A DNA stretch of 64,000 bases, taken from assembly GCA_951406725.2 (NCBI GenBank), contig OX597816.1, forward strand, positions 21,576,001 through 21,640,000. The letters are read 5' to 3'. Shown in pieces: positions 39,608 through 53,026 of the stretch (its first letter is position 1; each line of letters opens with the position of its first letter). A program made the translations under genes and the position numbers. The notes below the pieces were generated by a model. The model was not told the origin of the DNA. It saw only the letters and a list, made by a program, of their open reading frames with translations, and did not search any database. The stretch is from Octopus vulgaris (Eukaryota).

Positions 39608-40291
39608 TAAAAATAAAAATAAAAATTTTTGAGATGGTATTGATAGTTCCCACTATAAATATGTTGCCTAATATAAATCTAAAACATTCCAGTTCTCCTT
39701 GTTCGAAGTTTTAAAGAAAACGAGATGCGACGCTATCCTTAATCGAATTAATAACGCTTGTGTGAAGAGAACCTGGTATGTCTGGTTATAGAAGTCAAGT
39801 ATTAGACTTAGATCTATATGATGTAACACATACATGAAAACTATCTCTCAAATATTTTGTTCGCAAAAGTTCTAATTCTACTTCAACGTAGGATAATCAA
39901 CTGTCGCTTTCTCTCTCCGATTTTATTATAAGCATCGAACTAATCATACCTCGGTATACACATTCCGTCATAAAATTTGATTTGTGCTTTTGATCAGGCA
40001 AAGGAATTCATACACATGAATAATATCACCGAAGCATTTTCATATACACATCTAAACATATTCTTCGACATGCATCAATGCACATAATACATGCATATAT
40101 GAAAGCTGTGGAATCTCGGTAATGAAATCTAACAAAGGAAGGATTTACTTGAATAGTCATATGAAATTCCCCAACATGTGTTCACTAAATGCACTTTCTT
40201 AACCTATTGATTTTTTTTAGTTGAAGTAGTTCAGCCTCAGAGAACTTCACTCAGCTATACTTGCAAACTATACCAAAGAAATGGTAGTACG

Positions 40292-40323
<32 letters not shown>

Positions 40324-40710
40324 GTCTAAACAATAATGTCAAACAATAGACGGTTCATTCCTGTCTTCATTATGTTTCTTACCAAATAGCATGGCATGAC
40401 ATGCCTTGACATTCCATATCAAATATGCTGAAATACATCACTGGAAACTTCAAAACTTCACCCAGAGAAAATGTGGGAGAACAAATGGCGAAACAAATAA
40501 ATGATATCCACAAACATATATATGCATATATGTATATACATATTGTATATATATATATTGATGAATAAGTCTCTATACGCAAACATGTACGTTAATGTAT
40601 ACGTAGGCATACACACATGTATGAATCTTTATATGTGTGTGTAAAGGTGTATAATGTATGCGTATATACATATATATGTGTATATAATATATATATACAC
40701 ACACATATAT

Positions 40711-41061
40711 ACTCTTTTACTTGTTTCAGTCATTTGACTGTGGCCATGCTGGAGCACCGCCTTTAGTCGAGCAAATCGACCCCGGGACTTATTCTATCGG
40801 TCTCTTTTGCCGAACAGCTAGGTGACGGGGACGTAAACACACCAGCATCGGTTGTCAATCAATGCTAGGGGGACAAACACACACACATATATATATATAT
40901 ATATACGACAGGCTTCTTTCAGTTTCCGTCTACCAAATCCACTCACAAGGCATTGGTCGGCCCAGGGCTATAGTAGAAGACACTTGCCCAAGATGCCACG
41001 CAGTGGGACTGAACCCGGATCCATGTGGTTGGTTAGCAAGCTACTTACCACACAGCCACTC

Positions 41062-41062
<1 letters not shown>
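40711..41062 (-). mobile_element. SINE family A
   Basis: Matches the other A copies. Confidence 0.88.
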
Positions 41063-41110
<48 letters not shown>

Positions 41111-41361
41111 ATTATTATTATTATTATCATTATTATTATTATTAATATTTCTAATTCTCTCTAAAGGAGACTACGACAGCAGTACTGGATATTAATAGTT
41201 ATCGCCAAGCTAATATGACAGTTCAAAAAAATAGGACGAATGCTGCCGTTGATTAGCTCCAAGAGGCCATCGCCTCTAGCTAGCTATGTGACACACAAAC
41301 CTGTGTCTATTTTAACCTTCGAACAAGGGAGGTCAGCATCTTCCCCTTACAGGTCTGGCAC

Positions 41362-41402
41362 CCACAAACTAATTTCGAGGTGTTTGCCTTTTATCAATGT
41401 GG
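41362..41402 (-). ncRNA. Minimal type I hammerhead motif with a U3-A8 core
   Basis: CCACA TTGATAA A AGG-CAAACA-CCT C GAAA TTAG TT TGTGG, inside repeat 41160-41430. Confidence 0.6.
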
Positions 41403-41424
41403 AGTAGCCGAACCCAACAGGTTC

Positions 41425-41519
<95 letters not shown>

Positions 41520-42109
41520 TTGTGCGTCTGTGTTTGTCCCCACAACTGCTTGAAACCGATGCTGTTGTGTTTACGTCCCCGTAATTTAGCAGTTCGGCAA
41601 AAGAGTAGGCTTACAACGAATAAGTCCCGGGTCGATTTGCTCGACTAAAGGCGGTACTCCAGCATGGCCGCAGTCAAATGACTGCCACAAGTAAAAGAAT
41701 ATAGTGAGAGAGAGAGAGGTAGAAAGCTATGTATAAAGGTATCTTTATACACAGCTTTGTGTAGCTATGTATAAAGATACCTTTAGATACACGTACATAC
41801 ATACGTATATTCTTCGTTCAAACAGATATACTTCAAAAACAAAACACCTACAAACGAAGCTAAACTATAGAGACCGATGGGTCAAAAGAATATTAGTGGA
41901 AATTTTAAATGAAATCAGCGAACAATTTAGAATACAACCGAACAAATTTTGCTGTGTGAGACCAAACCGAAAATGCATGTTTGGTTGTGGCTATCAGCTA
42001 CCCTCTGTATATCAGTGTGGTTAAAAAATACAAGAGAAAGACGACACGTATGGACCATTGATAAGGAGTTTGCAAATCCAGAACTCAGCTTACACTTTCA
42101 GCTTCATAC

Positions 42110-42506
42110 TTATTACCTCTGTCAAGGAAGGAGGTTATGTTTTCATCGGCGTTGGTTGTCTGTCTGTCTGGTTGGCCCTCTGTCTGTCCGTCTGTGTGCA
42201 AAATAACTCAAAACGGTATTTGATGATACTTGCAGAAAACGTTGGTAATGACAAAAGGGACAGATGGTGAAATTTTGGTAGTGATCCGGGAATTTTTGTG
42301 GATTTTTGAAGGGTTTTTTATTTGTTATATTTTCTTTACATGAAGTATAACAATGTTACGTGCTGTGTTATTTTTTTAACCCCCCGCTAAGGAGGTTATA
42401 TCTTTGCTGGCGTTGGTTTGGGAAATTGGGGGATTTTCAGCATGCGTGTATGTGGGTGGAAATGAGCTGCTTGGTGGAGGTCTGCGCTCTGCAAGTGCTT
42501 TTCTAG
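42110..42506 (+). mobile_element. Helentron/Helitron2-type non-autonomous element
   Basis: Subterminal inverted repeats ACCTCTGTCAAG/CTTGGTGGAGGT, a (CTGT)n tract, 3' hairpin GCGCT..AGTGC and a TTTTCTAG end. Confidence 0.75.
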
Positions 42507-42569
42507 TTATTATTGGTGCAACAGGATACATAATAACCCGTCTGTAAATGTCTTCTTTGTGAAACAGTT

Positions 42570-43598
42570 TGCCTGGGGCGTTAGCGACTCTGCCAGCTCG
42601 CCGCCTTAATTTCAAATTTCTATTAACCAACTGCGGTGTTCTTCATCATTCATCTTTTCGAGGTCGATAAAATAAGTACCGATTGATCACTGGTGTCAAT
42701 GTAATCGATTTATCGCCTCTCCCGAAATTGCTGGCCTTGTACCAAAATTTGAATTTAATATTTTTATCAACTCTAGGCACAAGGCTCAGGAGGGAGGCCA
42801 GTCGATTGGATCGACCCCAGTGCGCAACTGGTACTTAATTTATCGACCACAGATGGATGAAATGTCAAGTAGACTTCAGCGGAATTTGAACTCAGAACGT
42901 AAAGACAGACGAAATACCTATTTCTTTACTACCCTCAAGGGGCTAAACACAGAGAGGACAAACAAGGACAGACAAACGAATTAAGTCAATTATATCGACC
43001 CCAGTGCGTAACAGGTACTTAATGTATCGACCCCGAAAGGATGAAAGGCAAAGTCGACCTCGGCGGAATTTGAACTCAGAACGGAGCGGCGGACAAAATA
43101 CCACAAAGCATTTCGTCCGGCGTGCTAACGTTTCTGCCAGCTCGCCGCCTTATTTGAAATTAATAATTTTTGTACTCTAGACACAAGGCCCGAAATTTGA
43201 GGGGGAGGGGGACAGTCGAATAGATGGATTCCAGTATGCAACTGGTACTTAATTTATCGACTCTGAAAGAATGAAAGGCAAAGTCAACCTCGGCGGAATT
43301 TGGAGTCAGAACGTAAAAACAGACGAAATACCGTTTAAGCATCCCGCCCGGTTGCCAGCTCGCTGCCTTATCATGAAAGAATACTTTTTTCTACTCTAGG
43401 CACAAGGCCCGAAATTTTGGGGGAGGAGGACGATCAATTAGATCGATCCCAGTACGCAACTGATACTTAGTTTATCGACCCCGAAAGGATGAAAGGCAAT
43501 GTCGACCTCTGCAGAATTTGAACTCAGAACGTAGCGGCAGACGAAATGCGGCTAAGCATTTCACCCGGCGTGCTAACGTTTCTGCTCGCTCGCCGCCT
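42570..43598 (-). mobile_element. Cluster of SINE B copies (dimer 42770-43150, monomers 43170-43369 and 43390-43598)
   Basis: Repeated central domains. TATTTGAAATTAATA is duplicated at 43151 and 43599. Confidence 0.85.
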
Positions 43599-44652
43599 TA
43601 TTTGAAATTAATATTAACAAACAAATAGTGTATTCGTGCTTTCATAAAATATCCGAGCAGGAGTGGTATATCTTAACGACTATTAATAACATTAAATACA
43701 AATATACTGCGTCAAACAACAGAGTGTTAATCTGTGTATTGTTCCAATCTTGAAACCACAATGGCATATCAAATATCATCGAAAACTTTAGGCACAAAAG
43801 CGCGAAGATATAGGTTAAAGAAAGAAATCACTGAAAAGCAATTCGTAAATAACAACGGAAATATAAAATTATATAAAAATCTCGAGATAAAATAAACATG
43901 AAAAAGCAAAGGAATAATTGTTTAACTTTGTTTATAGAAAAATAGAGAAAAGAACAAGAAAACAGTATTTTGGTAAATCTAATTATCGATCATTGAACTT
44001 TATTAACACATGAAATCTACAACTCAGCTTCTTTAAGACTCGAAATAAATTTGATTACTCTGAACATTTTTACATTTAACAGCAGTTCTTTGTGAAAGTT
44101 GAGTTTCTTTTGGTTTCTGTAGATTTGTGGTTTTGATTTTTGCGTTATTATTTGTATCTTTTGTTTTTCTTTTTTTTTTTTGGTTTAATTTTTTTTTTTT
44201 TCTGAAATATAGTTTTAAATTATTTTCCTTTTACCCGTGGATACAAATTTTCTGAAATGCGTAGTTGATTGCATTAATCTCAATATACAACTTATTTCAT
44301 CGACTCTGATTTGATTTCACCTCAAAATCAAGAAAGACAAAGCGAGAAGGGCTGAAGTCTTATAACCGCAAAGTGACACATGCCATATGAACAAAGACTT
44401 TATTAATTATTTAAGGGTTTCTTTCCAAGCGCATCCTCTGATTTCAAGGACAGGGGAACCGAGATTAGCTAACGCAGATATCAGAATAAAAACACACGCC
44501 AGTACCCTACGTGGAATAAATTGAAGGCAATCCGGAATCCAACCTAGCTCTGACTCATGCCACTCTACACAGATATATTTTACAACAATAGCAGCAACAA
44601 TAGTAACAACAACAGCAACTACTACTACTACTACTACTACTAATAATAATAA

Positions 44653-44854
44653 TCTCTTTTACTCTTTTACTCGTCTCAGTCATTTGACTGCGGCCATGCT
44701 GGAGCACCGCCTTTAATCGAGCAAATTGACCCCGGAACTTATTCTTTGTAAGCCCAGTACTTATTCTATTGGTCCCTTTTGCCGAATCGCTAAGTGACGG
44801 GGACATAAAAACACCAGCATCGGTTGTCAAGCTAGGAGGACAAACACAGACACA

Positions 44855-44924
<70 letters not shown>

Positions 44925-45090
44925 CATATATACGACGGTATTCCTTCAGTTTCCGTCTACCAAATCCATTCACAAGCCTTTGGTCGGCCCTAGGCTATAG
45001 TAGAAGACACTTGCCCAATGTGCCACGCAGTGGGACTGAACCCGGAACCATGTGGTTGGTAAACAAGCTACTTACCACACAGCCACTCCT
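44653..45090 (-). mobile_element. SINE family A
   Basis: Matches the other A copies. Confidence 0.88.
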
Positions 45091-46772
45091 TAACTGATTG
45101 GAAGTGTGATCATCAGGGCTACAGCAAATATTCTGCTGAATACCACAGATTTGCGTGTCAGTTGCTTGACCATAACCAGTTGAGCATGGCTAGTGTAAAA
45201 TATATATATATATTGTTATCGTTTTTACTGTTTACATTCTTCTTTCAGTAACCCTACAGTGTCTTGTCCTGTACCGCCCCCAATATCTTTTTTCCGAACC
45301 TTAGTGGTGCGTAAAGAAAGCATGAATACTTTTATTGACGTGACGAGCTTGCAGAATTGTTAGCATGCATTTCGTCTATCTTTACGTTCTTCGTTCAAAT
45401 TCTGCCATGGTTTACTTTGCCTTTCGTGGTCAATAAAGTAAGTACCAGTCGAGCATTGGGTTCAACGTAATCAACCGAGCCCCTCCCCCGATATTGCTGG
45501 CCTTGCACAAAAATTAGAAACCCTTGCTATTATCATCTGTCGCGTGAGGAATGGTTATAAATCTTTCCCAGAATTTTCGGATTATTAACAAATTTTTTAC
45601 GAGATGAAGATTTTCGGTTTTGATTATTTTATAGAGGATGCTAGAATGTTTGCATGTATGCAGCCTTTCCTCAGGTAAACAAATGTTTTCTAATTTTTTT
45701 TTTTCAGAATTTTACGGTTCTTTTCAATAGTTTTCAATACGGCTTCCTCTACAGAAAAATAAGCGCTTATAACAAAAAATGTAGTTGTATTGAATACTTC
45801 ATTTCTCAACAAAGAAATCGTTTAATCTTCTATCATATTAAGAATATTTATAAAATATGAAAAAGATTTGAAAAATGATAAAAAGAAAATAATTGCAAGA
45901 TAACAGAAAATTACCCTATTCAGAACGTACATTGACGAAGTTGTTAGATCTCCACCGTTTGTCGACGAGGATTCAGCTGTCCAATCAAACAGAATTTCCT
46001 GCAAGTAATTTAACATATATGTAGCTAAGCATTCAACAGACACATAATTAGCAGATAATTTACAGAATAGTAACAAAACAATTAATTCACGGGAAGCACA
46101 CAAATTTTAATCAAATGAAGAAAAAACGGTAAAGCGCATAAATACATGTTGAACTCGAATTCAAATACAGGGAAAATGGTTCCGGATTTCTTTTTTTCGC
46201 CGCAGCGCGGATAAGAATTATTTACCCATGTGAGTAGTATGACAACAAATATATCAGTCAGTTTCTTTGTGAAAAACGGAAAAAGTAAATGAAAGTGATA
46301 TTTCTGCATCTCGATAGGAAATTATCTTATGCTACGAAAAATGCAATTGTGCGCAACTCTAGCCCGTGTAGCACAAGAGTCTACATCTCTGGTTGGACGA
46401 GACAGAGCTCAGTATATTTCGTTTCAAAATTAGGACAAAAGAGAAGCTCAGTTATTGCATTCCATACTCAGATTATAACACAGCGTATAGAAATCAGAGC
46501 AACTGTGTTTCATGGTTCGTTACCACTCCTCGGACGTACCCGGTTTTCTTCCACAACCAATAGCACAGAAGATTTTACGATTATATAAAACATTTACTAA
46601 TTATCGTGAAGTATATTTGCCACTTAAATGTAGCTAACCATTAAGGGTGGATGCTACTGTAGTTTGTAGCCACAGGAGGACACCTCCTCCAGCTGGCTAT
46701 TGACACTCTTTCTGCGTCCTATCAGTATTTGCAAAGGGAAGCCATCCTTCCCATCTTCAATCTGACATGATA

Positions 46773-46817
46773 CACACGGACTCGAGTTTCTGGGTATTGA
46801 CCCGCCATCAGCGCGTG
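46773..46817 (-). ncRNA. Minimal type I hammerhead motif (GUC site, A9G)
   Basis: CACGCG CTGATGG C GGGT-CAAT-ACCC A GAAA CTCGAG TC CGTGTG, with palindromic stem III ACTCGAGT. Confidence 0.68.
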
Positions 46818-47201
46818 ACAATCACCGATTGCCGATGAAAAGTGGGTCCCTTTTGCAAATGTATATCATTTTATCCCTATTGTGGAGAGATATTTATCAT
46901 GTTTGTGCTTTCGACGACTCATCATCAAATTAAATATATTCTCTGCAGAACATTTTGTTTTCATTTTTATGTTTCCCTCGCAAACGGCATTTTAATATTG
47001 AAATTTATTTCCACCTTTTAGCACCATGTTTGCATCAAATATTCACTTCCTTCTAAAAAGTATCTGCCTTGAAAATTACACGTCTTCTGTGGTTCTGACT
47101 GAGGAGTTATTGCTGTATCAAATAATACAGACTGTTAGATACATATGAAATAAGTTACAGTAAATATTTCAACTATTCTTACGGAATCTTTATTTAAATT
47201 G

Positions 47202-47412
47202 CAGTAATCCCTCGCCATATGGCGGTTCACCTATCGCGGTTTATTATTTAAGCTTACGTCGATTCCTCCGGTGGTGTTGTTTTGCATTTATAATAAAATA
47301 TGTATTTACAAATTATAAAAATAAAAACAAGATGTACGGTACTGTTTCCACTTCGCGGATATTCATCTATCACGGGGTTTGTTTTGGAAAGTAACACCCG
47401 CGATAGTCGAAG
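47202..47412. mobile_element. pogo/Tigger-like MITE, right TIR truncated
   Basis: Homologous to the outer parts of 34091-34870. Confidence 0.7.
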
Positions 47413-47444
47413 GTGTGTAGATTGTGATTGTCACATTGACCACG

Positions 47445-47572
47445 ACAGAGAAAGTCCTCATGGTGATACCTGCTGAGAGGCCTACAAAAAGTTTCAGAAA
47501 GTGTATGGAGAGGAGTATATGAACTGCACACAAGTGTACGAGGGTTTCAGACGTTTCCAAGATGGCCGACAA
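47445..47572 (+). pseudogene. Mariner transposase N-terminal helix-turn-helix fragment
   Basis: EAYKKFQKVYGEEYMNCTQVYEGFRRFQDGR. Confidence 0.7.
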
Positions 47573-48155
47573 ATTACTGAGGGAAAAAATGTGTCGATTC
47601 TATGGGACTTCCCCGTTCATACCGACAAAACTATAAAAGCTAATAAACCGGATATTATTATAAAATATCAGACAAAAAAGATGTGTTTGTTAATTGACAT
47701 GAGTATCCCTTGCGATCACAATATAGCGGAGAAAGAATTTGACAAGATCAGTAAATATAAAGACTTCCTAATAGAAATTTTAAAAAATGTGACATCTCAA
47801 GGCGACTACAGTACCAGTGATTGTAGGATCTCTAGGAATGATAAAAGAAGGTACTGAAATCTATTTTAAAATGATACCAGGCTTACCATCCCTACAGGAA
47901 GTGCAAAAAATAGTGTTAACGGGAACGACTCATGTACTGAAAAGAGCATTATCGATGTGAAAACAACATCCATTCATGAATTTATTTATTTATCAATTTT
48001 TTCAAAATGCATATTTTACCTGTGAATTTGCGTGTGTAATCTGGGAATGCATGCAATGAGCTTCTCTGCCCTAGGTGTATGGAAAACACCCAACGAGAAA
48101 CGGAAGAAAATTTGAAGAAAGAAGGAAAAAAACGAATAAAATAATGATAATAATG
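47573..48155 (+). mobile_element. R4-clade LINE 3' end (restriction-like endonuclease and UTR)
   Basis: ILWDFPVHTDKTIKANKPDIII..CLLIDMSIP..K..KYKD. Confidence 0.85.
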
Positions 48156-48329
48156 TAAACGAGCAATAATCGTGCAGTTAATGATAATAAAGACCATCCT
48201 GAAATATTATAATAACTGTTTCAACACTCAATTTCACACCAGAAATCTTGCAAAACAAATCCATAAGCGTAAAAAAAAAATTATATTAGAATGTTTAGAA
48301 TCAAAATATTTTAAAGGCAATCTTTATCA

Positions 48330-49560
48330 CCTCTTGGTATTTTCCATGTGTTGACATTCATCAAGAATTTAGGCAGCTTCTTGAATTAATATCATCTCCA
48401 ACGATTGCTCATGCGCTGCACGTACTGCTTTGAACATTTCCATCCATAGATTTACAATTACTGTTCGTGCATATCTCCAAGTTTGTGCACTTGTGTTTCA
48501 TTAGTCTTATTTTGTTGTTACATAATAGTACTACTTGTTTTGTCCAAAGATGCCCTATAGTTTGTTATCGTAATAAATTATTAGCGATTTATCAAGGATC
48601 TTTTGTTTCAGACTTTCTTGGAGTACGAATAGTTCCTGTTTTCAATTTTGTCTTTATGCTATTCATTTCATTGAGAATTAAGAAATAACTTATTTTTCTA
48701 TTTTCTATTTCTTCGAGTTGCTTCCTTGGATGTGCATATTCATTAAATAGTAAATCAGTGAAAGTATCTATTTTCATTTCTATTTGCTATGACTATTGCA
48801 TATATCATTTCGTTTATCCTTGTGGTATTGATGCACGCATCAGTTTTCTTGAAATCAACGAAGATCGTTTTCCTTTAGCGTCTTTGTTATATCGTCGGAA
48901 AATTTCATTTGTAGAAGAAAAGGTATTCTTTTATTCCGTAAGAATATTTTGTATACATTCCAATTACTTAAGCATTGCTACATTCAGATTATCTTTGATA
49001 TACCCAGAAATTATATATTTACATATGACGTTTCTATTTTAAAATCTTTCTCATAATTGCTTCCAATATATATTTTTTTGTTTGAGATGCTTTTGTTCGG
49101 CATTTGCTGGTCAGTACTTAATAGATATGACTGAGGTTTCTTTTGTGATCAGATATTTCTTCTTATTTTGTACAGAAGTTCTGCTATCTTCATGGCTTAT
49201 GTTCTTAATTTTATATAAAATAACCTTCTTGGTTTTTGTTCGTGTTTGTCTGACATTGTTTGACTTTTAAATGTTCTATTGCTATGTCTGGTATATCTTT
49301 ACTTTTGAGCATACATCTTCATGACTTCGATCATCTGTTGCGACCAAAAACTAGGTTTATATTACTGTTATTTTTCTTCTCATTAATATGAGAAAATGTT
49401 AATGTAGTGTTCGCATTTTCTGTGTGTAGAGTACTACTGTAAAATATACATGATGATAAGAAACATATTCCCTTCATATTTATTTATGATTGTGATTTTT
49501 GACTGCGAGGTATAATGATTAAAGTCCATCCTCTTATTTAGATTGTCATGATCATTAGCT
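48330..49560 (-). mobile_element. Possible highly degraded non-LTR retrotransposon ORF region
   Basis: A-rich minus strand with only weak peptide resemblance (..RRYNKD..) to LINE ORFs. Confidence 0.25.
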
Positions 49561-49698
49561 CGGTATCGGTTCAATCGTTTGGTGCAATGAACTTTTAAAA
49601 TCTGAGTGATTTGGTATGTTTATATGCATCGAACTCAAACATACTGTTTCCAACCGTTTTTTAAAACGTTGGGTTTCAAATTTTTGTTGTATTTATAA

Positions 49699-51924
49699 CT
49701 AGTAGAAATATCCGGCGTTTTCCGCGTTAAAGAAAATAACGAAATTTAAAAGTGCCCTTTAGATCTCTAACATGAAACATAGACAACTCAGGCGTTACCT
49801 CCTAGTAGTTGAGATACTAACTTTATACATTAATAAGCTGGTGTTTCCCAGGTTATTGAAAATAATGAAATTTAAGCCTGCCTTTTAAATCTCTAAGTAA
49901 AATCAAACATGGATCATGCACTTCTCAACAGTAATTAGCTGAGGTACAAACTATTAATGTCAATAATATGTTTTATCCAATGTTCTCACTGTTAAAATTG
50001 TTAAAATAAACCAGGTAGTTCTTTGTCTTTGCAATCACCTTCAGTTGTCAGTATTTATTTGAATCACGTTGAACCTGAAAATCCATAAATTTTAGAAGAA
50101 CCGGCCTGCGGACGTTGCCCTCTTGTTAATAAGTACATTTAACAAAAATTCTGTCAGATGACATGAGAATAAACAAATGTATTGAAACAATACGGGAAAT
50201 CAATCACACTTTAATTATCTAGAGCTTCTAAATATACGATGTTTTCAGTGTGTCCTTTAATTGGTGTATGGATAAAATGATTTTGGGGAATTCCAATTCG
50301 CGAACATACTACATATAATTGCCCATGAAAGAAGCAGTGACGTCCAATAACCTTGAGAGACTGTCTTTGAGACGTGTTTATTGACATAGCGAAACTTGGT
50401 TTCACTGGGAACTGGAAGCATTTAAATTTAAAGGGAAGGTCATGTGGGATTAATGAGATCCGTGGAATGAAAATATCCTCAGCCTTATAGTTCCCAGTCA
50501 TAACTGTTGTCCGTAGGACATGGAGTCGCATCGCTTTCACCACCAGTCTGTTGCCATTGCACAGAGGAAGAGGATCCAGATTCCCGAGCAGCAGGATTGG
50601 GGCCACCTTTTTAAGTGTTAACTGGTGACTGTAGAGAGTTCAGGAATTCAAGTGAAAAAACTACAGCTTGGTCTTGATCTATGATAGTGACGAGGAATTT
50701 GAAAGACTGTTCTTGTCCAGGCAACAGCTGCAAGAGGTCCCAGTTGATTTTGTTGACAGCATCATTACGTGAAGCTAAGATAGCTCGCGCATAGAGCCAT
50801 TGACTGTTGCTAAAGTTTTGTGCAATGTTTGGGTGCACATGCATTATGAGATTATTGACAGTTGGTACTATCTCACCACAGGCTTTCTGCCCCCGCTGAC
50901 TTTGAATGATGATAACTTTCAGAAAAATTGATATTTTTAATGAAGTTTTCTACGAATATGTGTTATAGCATATAGATTCCGAACATGCAAACATTTTTGG
51001 GAAAAGTATTTTAGGAGGGAATTGGGAGGATTTTCGGAAAATTCAATTCGTCTTAACTTTTAGGAGATGGATATTTTTAATGAAATTGTCTACAAATATA
51101 CCCCGGCCTATGTAGATTCGAAGCATATATGATATTGGGGGAATATGAGGCGGCAAGCTGGTAGAAACGTTAGCGCGTCGGGTGAAATGCTTAGCGGTAT
51201 TTCGTCTGCCGTTACGTTCTGAGTTCAAATACCGCCGAGGTCGACTTTGCCTTTCATCCTTTCGGGGTCGATAAATTAAGTACCAGTTACGCACTGGGGT
51301 CGATGTAATCGACTTAATACCTATGTCTGTTCTTGTTTGTCCCCTCTGTGTTTATCCCCTTGTGGGTAATAAAGAAATAGGTATTTCGTTTGTCGCTACG
51401 TTCTGAGTTCAAATTCCGCCGAGGTCGACTTTGCCTTTCATTCTTTCGGGATCGATTAAATAAGTACCTCTTACGAACTGGGGTCGATATCATCGACTTA
51501 ATCCGTTTGTCTGTCCTTGATAGTGCTCTATGTGTTTAACCCCTTGTGGGTAGTAAAAATATAGATATTGAGGAAAAAAATTGCAGGTTATTTTTGCGAA
51601 CTGCTGCACACTGGTGGTGGGGTGAAACAATCGTCCATGTTTGTTTCAGTCTTTTGTGCGTTTGTGCATCCATATATAACCCTTAACCGTATCCGTAACA
51701 TTTCGGGAAAAAAGTTAAGGAGCGGAGCGTATTAAAATGTCTAAAAGTAGATTTTTTTGCATATTCAGAATCTCCGTTGGAGACAAAGTCTGAATCCGTA
51801 GAGAAAAAAAAAAGCACAATGGGGTTGCATCCTTATTCTCAGTGTCCTCGCCCACACATATGTATAATGAAAAAAAGTTCAAATGGGGAATTATTCCATT
51901 CAATATCGTGTTTATATATAGAGA
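49699..51924 (-). mobile_element. Deleted Helitron carrying a helicase C-terminus (SINE B dimer nested at 51149-51566)
   Basis: 5' A|TCTCTATATATAAA, 3' imperfect GC hairpin and CTAG|T. Confidence 0.75.
50211..50870 (-). pseudogene. Helitron RepHel Pif1-family helicase C-terminal fragment
   Basis: RAILASRNDAVNKIN..EFLNSL..PILLLGNLDP..LCNGNRL..IPRISL..QFPVKPSFAMSINTSQRQSL..FFHGQLYVVCSR. Confidence 0.92.
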
Positions 51925-53026
51925 TTATGTAACAAATTATACTTTACACTTCTATATTTGACTGTGTGTGTATATTCCTTATTTTTGCTTCTGGTGTCTT
52001 CTGCCTTTCTATAAGAACCGTTTACCTAGGAATTTACTTAAGGTGAAAAAATAGTCGTATGCAACAGGTAAGTTGTCTTAATAACATATATATGTGTACC
52101 AGACATTTAGCTGTTATTTTTAGCACGAGTTTTCTGGTGAGGACTTCATTTGTCTTTATTGCCTGTTGCTTCAGTAGAAATATACGGATGCACAAACTAA
52201 CACAACAGAGAAACTGTAACAAATATGGACGACGTGTTCTGAAACACCCCCGAGTGGGGAACAGTTCTGAAAAATAACTCCCTATTGCTTTTCCTCCAAA
52301 TTTCTAAATTCTCGGAATCTACATAGTCCGAGGTATATTTGTAGACATTGTCATGAAAAATTATCCATTTTCCTGAAAGTTAAACTAATTGAAATGGAAG
52401 CCGTTGAAGTTTCCGAAAATCCTCCCAATTCCCTCCTAAAACACTTTTCCCAAAAATGTTTGTATGTGCGGAATCTATATGATATAACACATATTCATAG
52501 AAAATTTCATTAAGTAATATCCGTAATTCTGAAAGTTAGGACCATCCAAAGTCGGTGAGGGGAGTGCAGAAATCTGTAGTTATGCTCTGTTGACAATTGA
52601 TCAATTAAAGGAAATTTCTGTATGAAATATTTTTTCCCCACACACACTCTCACATAGGCATATATCTCACACAAATAAAAACCCCGAGAAGAATATAAAA
52701 AATGAAAGCAGCTTTAGAAATTCCTTTTTACCTGAAATTGTCCCTACTGTATCTGTGTAAATAGCTGGTTTCTTAGTTACTATGTTGACATTTACAAAAT
52801 AGTGAAGTGAAAATGTTAATATATCAATTTGCGCCAAGAATAATCACATGGGATTTAAATGTGAATTATGAAGTTTTAATAAGAGACTTGTTCTAAAACT
52901 GTCCGAAACATATATTGGAAAATCAAGGTACTATACAGAGTACCTCATTTAATTAATTGAGACAAAGGCGTCTATCTCCGTATGAAATTTTTTTCTGACA
53001 TGAAATTACGTTTAGAAATTCTTTAT

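Noticed and set aside
47501-47857. ORF fusing a mariner helix-turn-helix to an R4 endonuclease
   Set aside because: Best explained as a chance in-frame junction of a 5'-truncated LINE next to a mariner fragment. There is no true start and a frameshift follows.
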